The translations under genes and the position numbers were made by a program. This document shows, in pieces, positions 50,319 through 60,719 of a stretch of DNA of 64,000 nucleotides. Below the pieces are notes generated by a model. It was not told the DNA's origin. It saw only the letters and a list, made by a program, of their open reading frames with translations, and did no database searches. Source of the DNA: Cyanobacteria bacterium P01_A01_bin.123 (GTDB taxonomy: Bacteria; Cyanobacteriota; Cyanobacteriia; Phormidesmidales; Phormidesmidaceae); the NCBI GenBank assembly GCA_039815185.1, contig JBCBZT010000007.1:149403-213402 (forward strand). Direction: 5' to 3'. Position 1 is the stretch's first letter. Every line of letters starts with the position of its first letter.

Positions 50319-51182
50319 ATGGGGTTTCGCCAGCGAGTTGCATTTTATTTAGACGATACGTCCACTGCGATTGGGAAGGGGGTTAACGGTGCGATCGCCT
50401 TCTTGATCCTGACTTCAGCAGCATTGTTTGTGGTCGAAACCTATTCCTTGTCCCCTGATGTGCAGCAAATCTTACGCATTGCCGATTGGGGCATTCTGAG
50501 TCTATTTACTGTGGAATATGGGCTGCGGCTGTGGTGTGCCAAACATCCGCTACGCTATGGATTGAGCTTTTACGCGATCGCCGACTTAATTGCCATCCTG
50601 CCCTTTTTACTCGGATTTCTAGATATTCGCTTTATCCGGCTACTCCGCTGGCTGCGGATTTTGCGCTTGCTCAGGTTTGTAGAAAATCGGGCGCTACTGG
50701 GGGCATTAACGGCTGCTGATAGTCTGATCTTTGCCCGCATCATATTTACCCTGATTGCCATCATTTTTATCTATTCTGGTCTGATCTTCCAGATTGAACA
50801 CGCAGCGAATCCCGAAGGATTTCGGACATTTCTGGATGCAATTTATTTTGCGGTCGTTACCATGACGACAGTGGGGTTTGGGGATGTTACCCCTGTGTCA
50901 GAAACGGGGCGCTGGTTGACTGTCCTGATGATTCTCACTGGAATTGCCTTGATTCCGACTCAGATTGGTAACTTGATTCAACAGGCCAGCCTAGTCAATC
51001 AGTCAATTCGTAACGACTGTCCCAATTGTGGCTTAGCTGTTCATCAGGGTGATGCCCAGTTTTGTCGCCGCTGTGGCGCTTCCCTGAACCAGCTGCAAAG
51101 CCTCAATACACAAACCTCGGATTCATCTCCGTCAGAAGCCAGTGCTCCACCCCCATCAGATTCGGACTCATCTCCCCAGTAA
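50319..51182 (+). CDS. Voltage-gated-type potassium channel with C-terminal zinc ribbon
   Basis: S4-like IRFIRLLRWLRILRLLR, filter TTVGFGD, CPNC...CRRC. Confidence 0.9.
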   Translation: MGFRQRVAFYLDDTSTAIGKGVNGAIAFLILTSAALFVVETYSLSPDVQQILRIADWGILSLFTVEYGLRLWCAKHPLRYGLSFYAIADLIAILPFLLGFLDIRFIRLLRWLRILRLLRFVENRALLGALTAADSLIFARIIFTLIAIIFIYSGLIFQIEHAANPEGFRTFLDAIYFAVVTMTTVGFGDVTPVSETGRWLTVLMILTGIALIPTQIGNLIQQASLVNQSIRNDCPNCGLAVHQGDAQFCRRCGASLNQLQSLNTQTSDSSPSEASAPPPSDSDSSPQ

Positions 51183-51292
51183 GGTGCTCAGTAAATTCCT
51201 CATTGCAAAATCTCTCCTGCAGCTGACTAAGGCTTCCCCCTTGTCCCTGGCTCCTCCCTCCCCTGCTATAAACTGTTCAAGGGATGTAAAAT

Positions 51293-51922
51293 ATGCCATC
51301 TGTCCCTGAAAAATCGTCGAGGGCGTCTGTGCCGACTGAGTTAATGTGGGCCGTGATTGGTCTGGTTTTGACCATTACAGGAACCTGGTTAGAAGTATTT
51401 TTGCCCAATCCACCTTGGGTTTGGGGAGAAGTTGGGCTGCATGCGGTTTCCTTAGGCGTGAGTTTCCAGGTCGGGGCTGTATTGCTCACGGGCTGTTTGG
51501 CCGGTAAAAATTCGGCGGCACTGTCGCAAATTGCCTACTTAGCCTTGGGCTTAATCTGGTTTAAAACCTTCGGGTTTCAAGTCTTTACCCAAGGTGGAGG
51601 GCTGGGGTATTTGCGAGAACCCACCTTTGGCTATTTGATTGGGTTTGTCCCAGGGGCTTGGTATTGCGGGGTATTAGCTTTTCGTTCAAAACCCACTTTG
51701 GAAACCTTGGCATCAGGTTGTCTAGCTGGACTAGGATGGATTCACGCTTGTGGCTTAGCTTACTTAATTTTGGCGTATATCCTGGGTTGGGCTAGCGGGT
51801 TTGGAATTAGCTTTTGGCAAGCAGTGCTGGTGTACTCTGTGTTTGTCATTCCGGGGCAACTGGTCGTTGCCTGCGCAGTGTCTGTGATTGCCTGTGTAAT
51901 GCGGCAGGTGATGTTTTATTAG
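51293..51922 (+). CDS. bioY: Biotin transporter BioY
   Basis: SQIAYLALGL, FTQGGGLGYL..PTFGYLIGF; adjacent to lspA. Confidence 0.88.
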   Translation: MPSVPEKSSRASVPTELMWAVIGLVLTITGTWLEVFLPNPPWVWGEVGLHAVSLGVSFQVGAVLLTGCLAGKNSAALSQIAYLALGLIWFKTFGFQVFTQGGGLGYLREPTFGYLIGFVPGAWYCGVLAFRSKPTLETLASGCLAGLGWIHACGLAYLILAYILGWASGFGISFWQAVLVYSVFVIPGQLVVACAVSVIACVMRQVMFY

Positions 51923-51928
51923 CAACCT

Positions 51929-52450
51929 ATGAACTTCAAAAATCGCCTATTTTGGCTGGCTGCGTTGATCGGCCTAGTGCTCGATCAGCTGACGAAATTT
52001 TGGGTGGTTAACAGTTTTGAACTTACCAGTCCGCCAGAATCCATCGCCCTTTGGCCTGGGGTATTTCACTTCACCTATGTGATCAATACTGGGGCAGCCT
52101 TCAGCCTGTTTAGCGAAAATGGGGATTGGCTGAAGTGGCTGTCACTGTTGGTCAGTATCGGACTGGTGGTGATGGGCCTGGTGCTGCGCCTGCCGAATCG
52201 TTGGGAACAGGTGGGCTATGGCTGTGTTCTAGGCGGTGCACTGGGTAATGGGATTGACCGTATGTTGGCTGGACAAGTCGTCGATTTTTTAGACTTTCGC
52301 TTGATTAATTTCCCAATCTTTAATCTGGCCGATGTTTTCATCAACATCGGCATTGTCTGCTTATTGATCTCGGCTTTTTTTTACTCGGACAACGGCTCGC
52401 CCAGTGGTGGACCGCCGCCCAAGCCCAAGCGGATTAACCATGAACGATAG
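51929..52450 (+). CDS. lspA: Lipoprotein signal peptidase II
   Basis: DQLTK, NTGAAFS, GGALGNGIDR, VVDF, FNLAD. Confidence 0.96.
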   Translation: MNFKNRLFWLAALIGLVLDQLTKFWVVNSFELTSPPESIALWPGVFHFTYVINTGAAFSLFSENGDWLKWLSLLVSIGLVVMGLVLRLPNRWEQVGYGCVLGGALGNGIDRMLAGQVVDFLDFRLINFPIFNLADVFINIGIVCLLISAFFYSDNGSPSGGPPPKPKRINHER

Positions 52451-52581
52451 CTGGAGACAAAGTCGATCGCTCATCAATTGGGTACGGGGCAAATATTCCT
52501 CAAGGGATGGAGGTCGATATATCTCCAGGCTTATTTGTGCATCTCCTGATTTCTCAGAGAGATGCTGATTTCAACAGCTCC

Positions 52582-53832
52582 TTAGTAGGGAACTTGATTG
52601 CTATAGTTTCCGGGCGGGTTGTACTGGCAGACCAGGAACGTAGCATCAAAGCCTTGGTAAGAACCAATAGCAACACCACAGCCAACTTCAGTCGTATCAC
52701 GCCAAACTATTTGGGTATAGTGGCCAATCACGCCACCAGTTGAGGCTTGGGAGAAGGGAACACCAGGAATATAGTCAGCTTTCTCAGCTCCCCATTGATC
52801 AACGAGAACAGTCAGCGAGGGATTTGAATTCAAGGCTAGATTTTCACCGTAGCCATTGCCTGTGCTGTGCTCAAAGCTACCGGTAGAGGCAAGTTGATCT
52901 GCCCACTGCTGAGCGCTGAGTGACAAATCAGCTGACCAAGTTAATGACGACACGCCGACTTCTGAACGGTAGCGGTTGTGAGCGGCTAGCAGTTCATTCA
53001 CTTGGCTCTGGTTCAAGGCACCCAAACCTTGGGTTGTGGCAACGTTCTCTGGAGGAATAGTTCCAGAGGTACCCGATGGGTTTGCAGCGCCAGCACCTGT
53101 ATCAGCAGATGCCGTACCACTCTCGTATGCCTGACAGTCAGCCAACCGAACAATCGCAGCTGCGGTGTAAGCTCGGGTTGCGCCCGTATTAGGGGCAAAG
53201 GAGTTACCGCGTTCATTCAGCGGACGGGCAACCCCCCCGCACATGCTTGACATCCCTAGCACTGTTCCTTCCGCCCAGTGCCCAGATATATCAGAAAAGT
53301 CAAAGTTAGGGGCACCACTACTACCTTCGCCTCCGCGCCAAACGTGAGCGTTAGAGAGCATGGCCATCAGTTCAGCTCGGGTTACCGTGGCGGCGGGGTC
53401 AAAGCGACCACTGCCCCGACCCGCCACAATGCCATTTTCAGCCGCAAAGGCAATTTTGGCTTCGCTCCAGCGATCTCTGGGCACATCGCGGAAGGGATTA
53501 GAAACACCGGCTAAGTCAGCATCGGTGACGTCCAGGTAGGACAGAATAATCGAAACGGCTTGTTCACGGGTGACTGTGTTGTTGGGCCGGAAGGTGCCAT
53601 CACCAGGGCCAGCAATAAAGCCCAATTGGGCAGCTTTGATGATTTCTGCCTCATAGAGGTTGCCGCCAATGTCTGAAAAGGCAACAGCTTGGGCAACTTC
53701 CACTGGCGAGCCTTGGGATTCGGATATCGAGGACTGACTCAGGCTAGGGGTAGCGGTGCCTGCCCACATTCCAATTGTGAGAGATAGGGCAGTGCTAGTC
53801 GTTATGTGACGTACCAATCGAGAATCAAACAT
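52582..53832 (-). CDS. Secreted SLH-domain plus CAP (SCP/PR-1) domain protein
   Basis: Three SLH-like repeats (FRPNNTVTRE, FDPAATVTRAE); HNRYR, GENL, GHYTQIVW, VCQYNPPGN. Confidence 0.88.
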   Translation of the reverse strand: MFDSRLVRHITTSTALSLTIGMWAGTATPSLSQSSISESQGSPVEVAQAVAFSDIGGNLYEAEIIKAAQLGFIAGPGDGTFRPNNTVTREQAVSIILSYLDVTDADLAGVSNPFRDVPRDRWSEAKIAFAAENGIVAGRGSGRFDPAATVTRAELMAMLSNAHVWRGGEGSSGAPNFDFSDISGHWAEGTVLGMSSMCGGVARPLNERGNSFAPNTGATRAYTAAAIVRLADCQAYESGTASADTGAGAANPSGTSGTIPPENVATTQGLGALNQSQVNELLAAHNRYRSEVGVSSLTWSADLSLSAQQWADQLASTGSFEHSTGNGYGENLALNSNPSLTVLVDQWGAEKADYIPGVPFSQASTGGVIGHYTQIVWRDTTEVGCGVAIGSYQGFDATFLVCQYNPPGNYSNQVPY

Positions 53833-54256
53833 CGTTGACTTTAGTTTCCTTGGATATTTCAAAGACAAGAATTTGACAGAAAAATGAAGAATTTGCTAGG
53901 AAGTTAAACACATACAGGGAAAAACAAGATTTACAACCCAAAATAGAGATTTTGAGCCTAAAAATAAGTTTTATAGCGTAAATCAAGGTTTCGAAGAACA
54001 TCAGACTTGCGCTTTACGGATATTATCCAGCGTCTTCGCGAAAATCATGATCCCTTTCATATCAAATGATCAAAGATGGGGGTAATTATGTGAATTTGCA
54101 GATGAGGATATGACGTCAGCCCTGCGTGACGGCAATCTGGCCATCTGAAGAGATAAGACGATCAAGACGGGATAATGAGCCAGTGGCCTTTGCGGAAATT
54201 ATCAAAAGCCGGTGTAGCTGTGGTAAATGGCGTGCCAAGCATTCATGGGCCAGTCT

Positions 54257-55660
54257 ATGGATAAGCAAAGAATTTTGGGGTGGAGTGTACGGCTGTTGCA
54301 AGTCATGACGATCGCAGCCTGCCTCTATCTCGCCATACAGTTTAGAACGCCGCCACTGGCCAGTGTCCGTTCAGTCCTGGTCTGGGTGATTCCCGTTATG
54401 TTCTTAACGATCGCAGCGGCAGATATGTTCTCTCAGCGATCGCGTCCAATGGCCGCCGCCGCTCACTTTGGCCTGTCTTGGCTGATGTTGGTGCTGTGTG
54501 CGGCAGGGCTAACGATTTTCACGGTGCAGCAGGGACAGTTTCTGGCGACAAAATACTTTGTGCTAAGTCAATCGCCTGAAACGCTAGAGCGTTTGGGGGC
54601 TCATTTGGTTGTGGGCTATCGACGGCAGCATGAAATCGATCGATTAATTGAGAAACGGGCGATCGCTGGAGTTTTTCTAACCGCTCGTAATCTGCGGGGT
54701 AAATCCTACAGTGGAATTCAGCAGTCCATTGCCCATCTACAAACCCTGCGTCAAGCCAGTGGTCTTACCCCCTTGTGGGTTGCTGCTGACCAAGAAGGCG
54801 GGATTGTGTCTCGGTTATCGCCACCTTTAACCCTGCTACCGCCGCTATCTGAAACCATTGCTGATAAGGATGAGACAGAACGTCAAACAGCTGTGCAGGC
54901 GTATGCGACAGTGCACGGGCAGGAGCTGGCTGATTTGGGGGTCAACCTCAACTTTGCCCCCGTGGTCGATCTCAATAAAGGACAACTCAACCCAGACGAT
55001 CGGCTATCGCAAATTTTCCGACGGGCGATCGCCTCAGACGGTAACACCGTGGCGGCTGTTGCCCAAACCTACTGCCAAACCCTGGCCGACTATGGTGTTC
55101 GCTGCACCCTCAAACATTTTCCAGGGTTGGGTCGAGTCGTGAATGACACCCACTTGAGCGCAGCTGAACTCACCACCCCCATCGATGTGCTCAATCAAGC
55201 AGATTGGTTGCCTTTTCGCCCAGACCGGATGGCTATGGGGGCATTTACAATGTTGGGCCATGCCACCCTCACCCAGATTGATCCCGACCATCCGGCATCA
55301 TTTTCGCCCGCTGTGGTTCAACAGTTATTGCGTCAGGGTTGGCAGCATACTGGCGTCTTCATCACCGATGACTTTAGTATGGGAGCGGTTTATGACAGTG
55401 CGGACGGCGTGACTGGGGCCGCCCTTAAAGCCCTCAATGGCGGCGTCGATTTGCTCCTACTGTCTTACGATCCTGACTTGTATTACATCGTCATGGCTGG
55501 GTTACTCCGAGCTGATCAAAACCGTCAATTAGACGGGGTGCAATTAGATATCAGCCGCGATCGCCTCCGCCAAAATCAGGCTCAGCTGGCCGCCGCCGCT
55601 CACTCCAGTACAGAGGCGATTAATCGCGTCTCCCCCAACCCCACATTGTCACTAAAATAG
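54257..55660 (+). CDS. Membrane-anchored GH3 N-terminal domain protein (NagZ-like beta-N-acetylhexosaminidase)
   Basis: Three TM helices then ADQEGGIVSRL, NFAPVVD, KHFPGLG...DTH, ITDDFSMGA. Confidence 0.85.
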   Translation: MDKQRILGWSVRLLQVMTIAACLYLAIQFRTPPLASVRSVLVWVIPVMFLTIAAADMFSQRSRPMAAAAHFGLSWLMLVLCAAGLTIFTVQQGQFLATKYFVLSQSPETLERLGAHLVVGYRRQHEIDRLIEKRAIAGVFLTARNLRGKSYSGIQQSIAHLQTLRQASGLTPLWVAADQEGGIVSRLSPPLTLLPPLSETIADKDETERQTAVQAYATVHGQELADLGVNLNFAPVVDLNKGQLNPDDRLSQIFRRAIASDGNTVAAVAQTYCQTLADYGVRCTLKHFPGLGRVVNDTHLSAAELTTPIDVLNQADWLPFRPDRMAMGAFTMLGHATLTQIDPDHPASFSPAVVQQLLRQGWQHTGVFITDDFSMGAVYDSADGVTGAALKALNGGVDLLLLSYDPDLYYIVMAGLLRADQNRQLDGVQLDISRDRLRQNQAQLAAAAHSSTEAINRVSPNPTLSLK

Positions 55661-55666
55661 GTCACT

Positions 55667-57928
55667 ATGACCTCACCTAAACCCCCCAAACCCCAACGGA
55701 CTTTTCTGGGCACCATTACCCAGGCATTCCAAAATGTGCAAGCCAGAGTGGATTTCTCCAAACTGGCGCTAAAGAAGGGTGCCCGCGTGGCCGAATTCCA
55801 AGTTGAAACGGGTGGACAGCGGGAGGTTTTTCCCCTGGTAGGCGAACACTACCTAATTGGCCGCAGTTCTCAATCCAGCGATATTGTGATTCGCAATCCC
55901 CTGGTCAGCCAGGTGCATGCTGCGATGACTCGCGATCCAAATCGCCCCGGCAAGCCTTTTGTGCTCAAAGACAAAAATTCCACTAACGGTGTTTATGTGG
56001 GTAAGCGCAAGGTCTCCCATTGGGTTTGCCAGCATGGCGATGTCATCACTCTGGGGCCTGCCGAACTTAGCGACGTGGTCACGGTTCGCTATGTCGATCC
56101 ACCGCCGTGGTATGTGAAATCAGCACGCTATGGTCTCTACGGGTTCACGGGGGCCACGGCCCTAATTGCCCTTTGGATTGTCGGCATAGAGTGGCCCAAA
56201 GTCCGGGTGCGCCCCCTCCCTGAGTCGGTGCAAGGCCCAGTCATCATTTATGCAGAAGAAAACGGCAACCCCGTTTCCCTCAGGCCTGAAGAAACCCAGG
56301 CCCACCTAGAGAAGGCGAGCTTGTCTGAATTTTCACCCTATCTTCCCAATGCAGTGATTGCCTCAGAAGATACCCGCTTTCACTGGCATTTAGGCGTTGA
56401 CCCGTTAGGCATTTTAAGGGCCTTGATCACCAACATTCGCGGGGGGGAAATTCGCCAAGGGGGTAGTACGGTCACTCAGCAGTTGGCCCGCAGCATCCAC
56501 CGCGAATATGTTGGCACCGAAGATTCAGCCAGCCGCAAGATTCGAGAAGCAATCGTTGCCCTCAAGCTAGAAACCTTTTACAGCAAAGATTTTCTACTGC
56601 TGACCTATCTCAACCGGGTCTACATGGGGAGCAACTTGTACGGTTTTGAAGATGCAGCCCTGTTTTATTTCGACAAATCAGCCCAGGATTTGACGCTGTC
56701 AGAAGCCGCTACGCTAGTGGGGATTTTACCAGCCCCGAATGCGTTCAATCCGGTGCAAAACTACGACGCCGCGGTTAGATATCGCAACCGTATTCTTGAG
56801 CGCATGGCCGCGTTGGGAATGGTTAGCAAAGAAGAGGCCCGGCGAGCCCGGCGATCGCGGATTGAAATTAGCCCCACGGCCCGTGAACAACTGCGCAGTA
56901 CCCGCGCCCCCTACTTTTATAGCTATGTGTTTCAAGAACTTGATCAGGTCTTGGGCACAGAGCTCGCCCGCGAAGGCAACTTTATCGTCCAAACCAGCCT
57001 TGATTTAGATCTCCAAACCACCGCTGAAACTTCACTACAAGGCTACATCGGTAGCGCTGGGGGCTCGGCAGGCTTTTCCCAAGGGGCTTTAGTGACCCTA
57101 GATGTCACCGATGGGTCTATTCAAGCCCTAGTGGGCGGTGCCGACTATCAAGAAAGTCAATTTAATCGCGTCAGCCAAGCCATACGCCAGCCTGGATCGA
57201 CGTTTAAGCTCTTTGCCTATGCCAGTGCTTTAGAGCAGGGCATTTCACCCGGACAAACCTACAGTTGCGATACCTTGACCTGGCAAGGACAACGGTTTCG
57301 AGGCTGCCGCTCCGGTGGCGGTAGCCTGGATATGTATGCCGGGATGGCCCGGTCTGAAAATGTTGTGGCGCTCCGCATTGCCCAAGATGCAGGATTAAAC
57401 AATATCGTGCAAACAGCCCAGCGTTTGGGCATTGAGTCGGAGCTTGATCCTGTACCCGGGCTGGTGCTGGGGCAAAGCGAAGTCACCCCGTTAGAAATTA
57501 CCGGCGCCTATGCTGCCGTAGTTAACGACGGTGTGTGGAATCGTCCCCACGGCATTTTGCGGGTACTCGACAGTAGCGCCTGTGAAGATGTCAATCAGAC
57601 AGAAACCTGCCATGTCATTTATGAATTTGGTCAAGCTGGGGATGCCCAACAGACCGCCATTTCACCCGGAGTAGCCAACACGCTGGTGGGATTACTGCAG
57701 GGCGTCATTCAGGGCGGTACTGGGCGCAACGCCTACCTCGGCCTGGGAGAAGGCGGCAAAACAGGCACCACCAACGACAATAAAGACCTTTGGTTCATTG
57801 GCTTTGTGCCGCGTAATCAGTTGTTAACTGGCATCTGGTTGGGCAATGATGATAATACCCCCACCAACGGCAGCAGTGCTCAGGCGGCTCAACTGTGGGG
57901 GAATTATATGGGGCAGGTGAGTCGGTAA
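55667..57928 (+). CDS. Class A penicillin-binding protein with N-terminal FHA domain
   Basis: FHA GR...SQVHA...STNG; EDTRF..H.G.D, GGSTVTQQL; RQPGSTFK, SEN, KTGT. Confidence 0.93.
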   Translation: MTSPKPPKPQRTFLGTITQAFQNVQARVDFSKLALKKGARVAEFQVETGGQREVFPLVGEHYLIGRSSQSSDIVIRNPLVSQVHAAMTRDPNRPGKPFVLKDKNSTNGVYVGKRKVSHWVCQHGDVITLGPAELSDVVTVRYVDPPPWYVKSARYGLYGFTGATALIALWIVGIEWPKVRVRPLPESVQGPVIIYAEENGNPVSLRPEETQAHLEKASLSEFSPYLPNAVIASEDTRFHWHLGVDPLGILRALITNIRGGEIRQGGSTVTQQLARSIHREYVGTEDSASRKIREAIVALKLETFYSKDFLLLTYLNRVYMGSNLYGFEDAALFYFDKSAQDLTLSEAATLVGILPAPNAFNPVQNYDAAVRYRNRILERMAALGMVSKEEARRARRSRIEISPTAREQLRSTRAPYFYSYVFQELDQVLGTELAREGNFIVQTSLDLDLQTTAETSLQGYIGSAGGSAGFSQGALVTLDVTDGSIQALVGGADYQESQFNRVSQAIRQPGSTFKLFAYASALEQGISPGQTYSCDTLTWQGQRFRGCRSGGGSLDMYAGMARSENVVALRIAQDAGLNNIVQTAQRLGIESELDPVPGLVLGQSEVTPLEITGAYAAVVNDGVWNRPHGILRVLDSSACEDVNQTETCHVIYEFGQAGDAQQTAISPGVANTLVGLLQGVIQGGTGRNAYLGLGEGGKTGTTNDNKDLWFIGFVPRNQLLTGIWLGNDDNTPTNGSSAQAAQLWGNYMGQVSR

Positions 57929-57936
57929 GCGCAGCG

Positions 57937-59115
57937 CTACCGCCGCCGAATCTTGCTAATCAACTTGCGAGAAAATCTCAGATTTAAGTCGCTGTTATCG
58001 GCCCAATCTTGCAAGATACGGAGGAAAAGCTGTCGATCTTGGGTTTGGAGCACAGCGGTTTGATCGGCGGTTTCAATCACATAGGGATAGCCACTGCCGA
58101 TGATCACTTCTGCCCGTACCCAGTTGAGAATTTGCTCTAATCGACCCGTTTCATAAATCCATAGGGGAAGTTCCAGCCTGGCAGGGGGATGATCTTGGTT
58201 GGTTTTGAGGTAAGTAAAGGTAATTTGATCTTTGTAATCGCCATAGTGCTGCAAGATGCCAGATCGGCAGCAGCGATAGAGCGGGGTACGGTCGCCCCAG
58301 CCCTGTTTCATCAAGCTGTTCATAACCTGAGCGTCGTGTAGACCGGGTGCTTCTGGCAAACCTGCGATCGCTTGTAAAAAACTCACCAAATCTCGCGCCC
58401 GAGATGTATCCACATATCCGACCAGTGGCACCCGGTGGCGATCGCTGGCGGTGATCAATCGCTGTAGGCAGTCCACATAAAACCGCTGACTCTCAGCATC
58501 AAAAGCTTCGGCAAAGGTCGCGATCAGGGAACCATCAAAAAACACCAGGGTGCGATCGCACCCGGCATGGTCTTCGATATACCGCACCAGTCGAGCCGTT
58601 TCCATTTCAAACCGCTTCATGTTGACCCGTCGATCGAGCAAATCGCGACCATCGCGGTCATCGGCCCAATCGGCAGGGGTCATCAGTTCCATCTCGATAT
58701 CTTTGGCATAGGTGCCCGCTTCAGTATGATGATTTTCATACCAGCCCACCTGCACCAGGGCCACCAGCAACGAGAGATCTTTACTGGGAAAAATCTGCGA
58801 CCCATCGACAGCAAAGGTCGTCACCCCGCCGAGCTGATCTCGCACCCAGCGATGGCTTGCGTCTCGACTGTGCCAAGCCAAACCAAAAGGCACAATTCCG
58901 TTTTGACTTTGCTCAAGCGCCTCCAACGGCATTGCACCGCAATCGTGAGGGAGACGCTGCAAACGCGTTTTTAGTTCTTTAGGCGATCGCTGAACCAGAT
59001 CTTTTAACGCATTGCGATATTGCTGCAACAGATATCGCGCTTCCTGGTTAAAGGTTTTGAACTGGTCAACCTTGGCCTCCAGTTGTTGACGAATTTCAAA
59101 GGGCTTTAGCGGCAT
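57937..59115 (-). CDS. nurA: NurA-family nuclease
   Basis: FAVDGSQ, FEME, FFDGSL, VGYVDTS, ARLELP, GYPYVIETAD. Confidence 0.82.
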   Translation of the reverse strand: MPLKPFEIRQQLEAKVDQFKTFNQEARYLLQQYRNALKDLVQRSPKELKTRLQRLPHDCGAMPLEALEQSQNGIVPFGLAWHSRDASHRWVRDQLGGVTTFAVDGSQIFPSKDLSLLVALVQVGWYENHHTEAGTYAKDIEMELMTPADWADDRDGRDLLDRRVNMKRFEMETARLVRYIEDHAGCDRTLVFFDGSLIATFAEAFDAESQRFYVDCLQRLITASDRHRVPLVGYVDTSRARDLVSFLQAIAGLPEAPGLHDAQVMNSLMKQGWGDRTPLYRCCRSGILQHYGDYKDQITFTYLKTNQDHPPARLELPLWIYETGRLEQILNWVRAEVIIGSGYPYVIETADQTAVLQTQDRQLFLRILQDWADNSDLNLRFSRKLISKIRRR

Positions 59116-59175
59116 GGCAACGCAAACCAATCAAAGGAACAGTACTTGAGTCAAGCCAAGTATGGTTGAAAAGAT

Positions 59176-59213
59176 AATTCAAGTGTACTAAGAAAAGGCA
59201 ATTCAAGTGTACT
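59176..59213. promoter_or_regulatory. Perfect 14-bp direct repeat, degenerate LexA-box-like
   Basis: AATTCAAGTGTACT at 59176-59189 and 59200-59213. Confidence 0.5.
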
Positions 59214-59405
59214 GATTTATTGTCAAAGATCCTCCACAGAAATCATTTAGAAAAGTCTTTCCGCGCAATTGAACTTAACGTCGCGAGGTATGGTTATGTG
59301 AATGAGTGTTGCATTTCGGTTACATATTCAAGCCACACTAAAATCCACTGAAACCACCGTGATACGATGCACTTCGTAGCTTAGTATCAAGACGGAGAGA
59401 AGCCC

Positions 59406-60629
59406 TTGTCACTTCGGGTTGCGGTGGTTGGATCCGGTCCAGCAGGCTCCTCAGCTGCTGAGACGTTAGCAAAAGCAGGTATCGAAACCTATTTATTTGA
59501 GCGTAAGTTAGATAACGCTAAACCTTGCGGTGGTGCGATTCCACTGTGCATGGTAGATGAATTTGATCTGCCGCCAGAGATCATTGATCGCCAAGTGCGC
59601 AAGATGAAGATGATCTCGCCCTCCAATATCGAGGTTAATATCGGCAGCACGCTCAAAGAGGGTGAGTACATTGGTATGTGCCGCCGTGAGGTCTTGGATG
59701 GCTTTCTGCGCGATCGCGCCGCTAAATTGGGTGCTCAGCTGATCAACGGCACGGTTCATAAGCTTGAAATTCCAAGCAACAACAAAGATCCCTACACCCT
59801 GCACTACGCTGACCACAGCAACGGTAGCTTACAGGGTGAGGCGAAGACGCTACAAGTCGATCTGGTCATTGGTGCAGATGGGGCTAACTCCCGTGTGGCT
59901 CGGGCGATTGATGCGGGTGACTACAATTACGCGATCGCATTCCAAGAGCGTATTCGTTTGCCCGAAGACAAGATGGCCTATTACGAAGATCTGGCTGAAA
60001 TGTATGTGGGCGATGATGTTTCCCCCGACTTTTATGCCTGGGTTTTCCCCAAATATGACCACGTTGCGGTTGGCACTGGGACTATGCGGGTGAATCAAGC
60101 CAAGATTAAACAGCTTCAAGCTGGCATTCGAGCCAGAGCCGCTAAGCGCCTAGAAGGCGGCGAAATCATCAAGGTAGAAGCTCACCCTATCCCGGAACAT
60201 CCCCGACCCAGACGGGTTGTAGGTCGTGTCGCACTCGTCGGCGATGCTGCGGGCACGGTGACGAAATCCTCTGGAGAAGGGATTTACTTTGCGGCTAAAT
60301 CTGCCCGCATGTGCGCTGAAGCCATTGTTGAGTTTTCCGAACAGGGGCAGCGTGTCCCCACCGAGGCAGACCTCAAAGTTTATCTCAAGCGTTGGGATAA
60401 GCAATACGGAATCACCTACAAAGTGCTAGACCTGTTGCAAACCGTCTTCTATCGGTCTGATGCGACCCGAGAAGCGTTTGTTGAAATGTGCGCCGATATG
60501 GACGTGCAAAAACTGACCTTCGATAGCTATCTCTACAAAACCGTAGTTCCCGCTAACCCGCTGGTACAGCTTAAAATTACCGCTAAAACCCTAGGAAGCT
60601 TGATTAGGGGGAATGCCCTAGCCCCCTAA
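59406..60629 (+). CDS. chlP: Geranylgeranyl reductase
   Basis: VAVVGSGPAG, AKPCGGAIP, GADGANS, AIAFQERI, GDAAG..TKSSGEGIYFA; TTG start. Confidence 0.97.
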   Translation: MSLRVAVVGSGPAGSSAAETLAKAGIETYLFERKLDNAKPCGGAIPLCMVDEFDLPPEIIDRQVRKMKMISPSNIEVNIGSTLKEGEYIGMCRREVLDGFLRDRAAKLGAQLINGTVHKLEIPSNNKDPYTLHYADHSNGSLQGEAKTLQVDLVIGADGANSRVARAIDAGDYNYAIAFQERIRLPEDKMAYYEDLAEMYVGDDVSPDFYAWVFPKYDHVAVGTGTMRVNQAKIKQLQAGIRARAAKRLEGGEIIKVEAHPIPEHPRPRRVVGRVALVGDAAGTVTKSSGEGIYFAAKSARMCAEAIVEFSEQGQRVPTEADLKVYLKRWDKQYGITYKVLDLLQTVFYRSDATREAFVEMCADMDVQKLTFDSYLYKTVVPANPLVQLKITAKTLGSLIRGNALAP

Positions 60630-60655
60630 GTCTGCCTGCCTGTTCATAGCGCAAT

Positions 60656-60689
60656 AAACCGCCCAGGATTGAACTCCATGGGCGGTTTT
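60656..60689. terminator. Terminator hairpin between convergent chlP and rpaA
   Basis: AAACCGCCCA ... TGGGCGGTTTT. Confidence 0.75.
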
Positions 60690-60719
60690 GATTTTTAGTA
60701 AGGGTTTTTCCTTGGCTAC

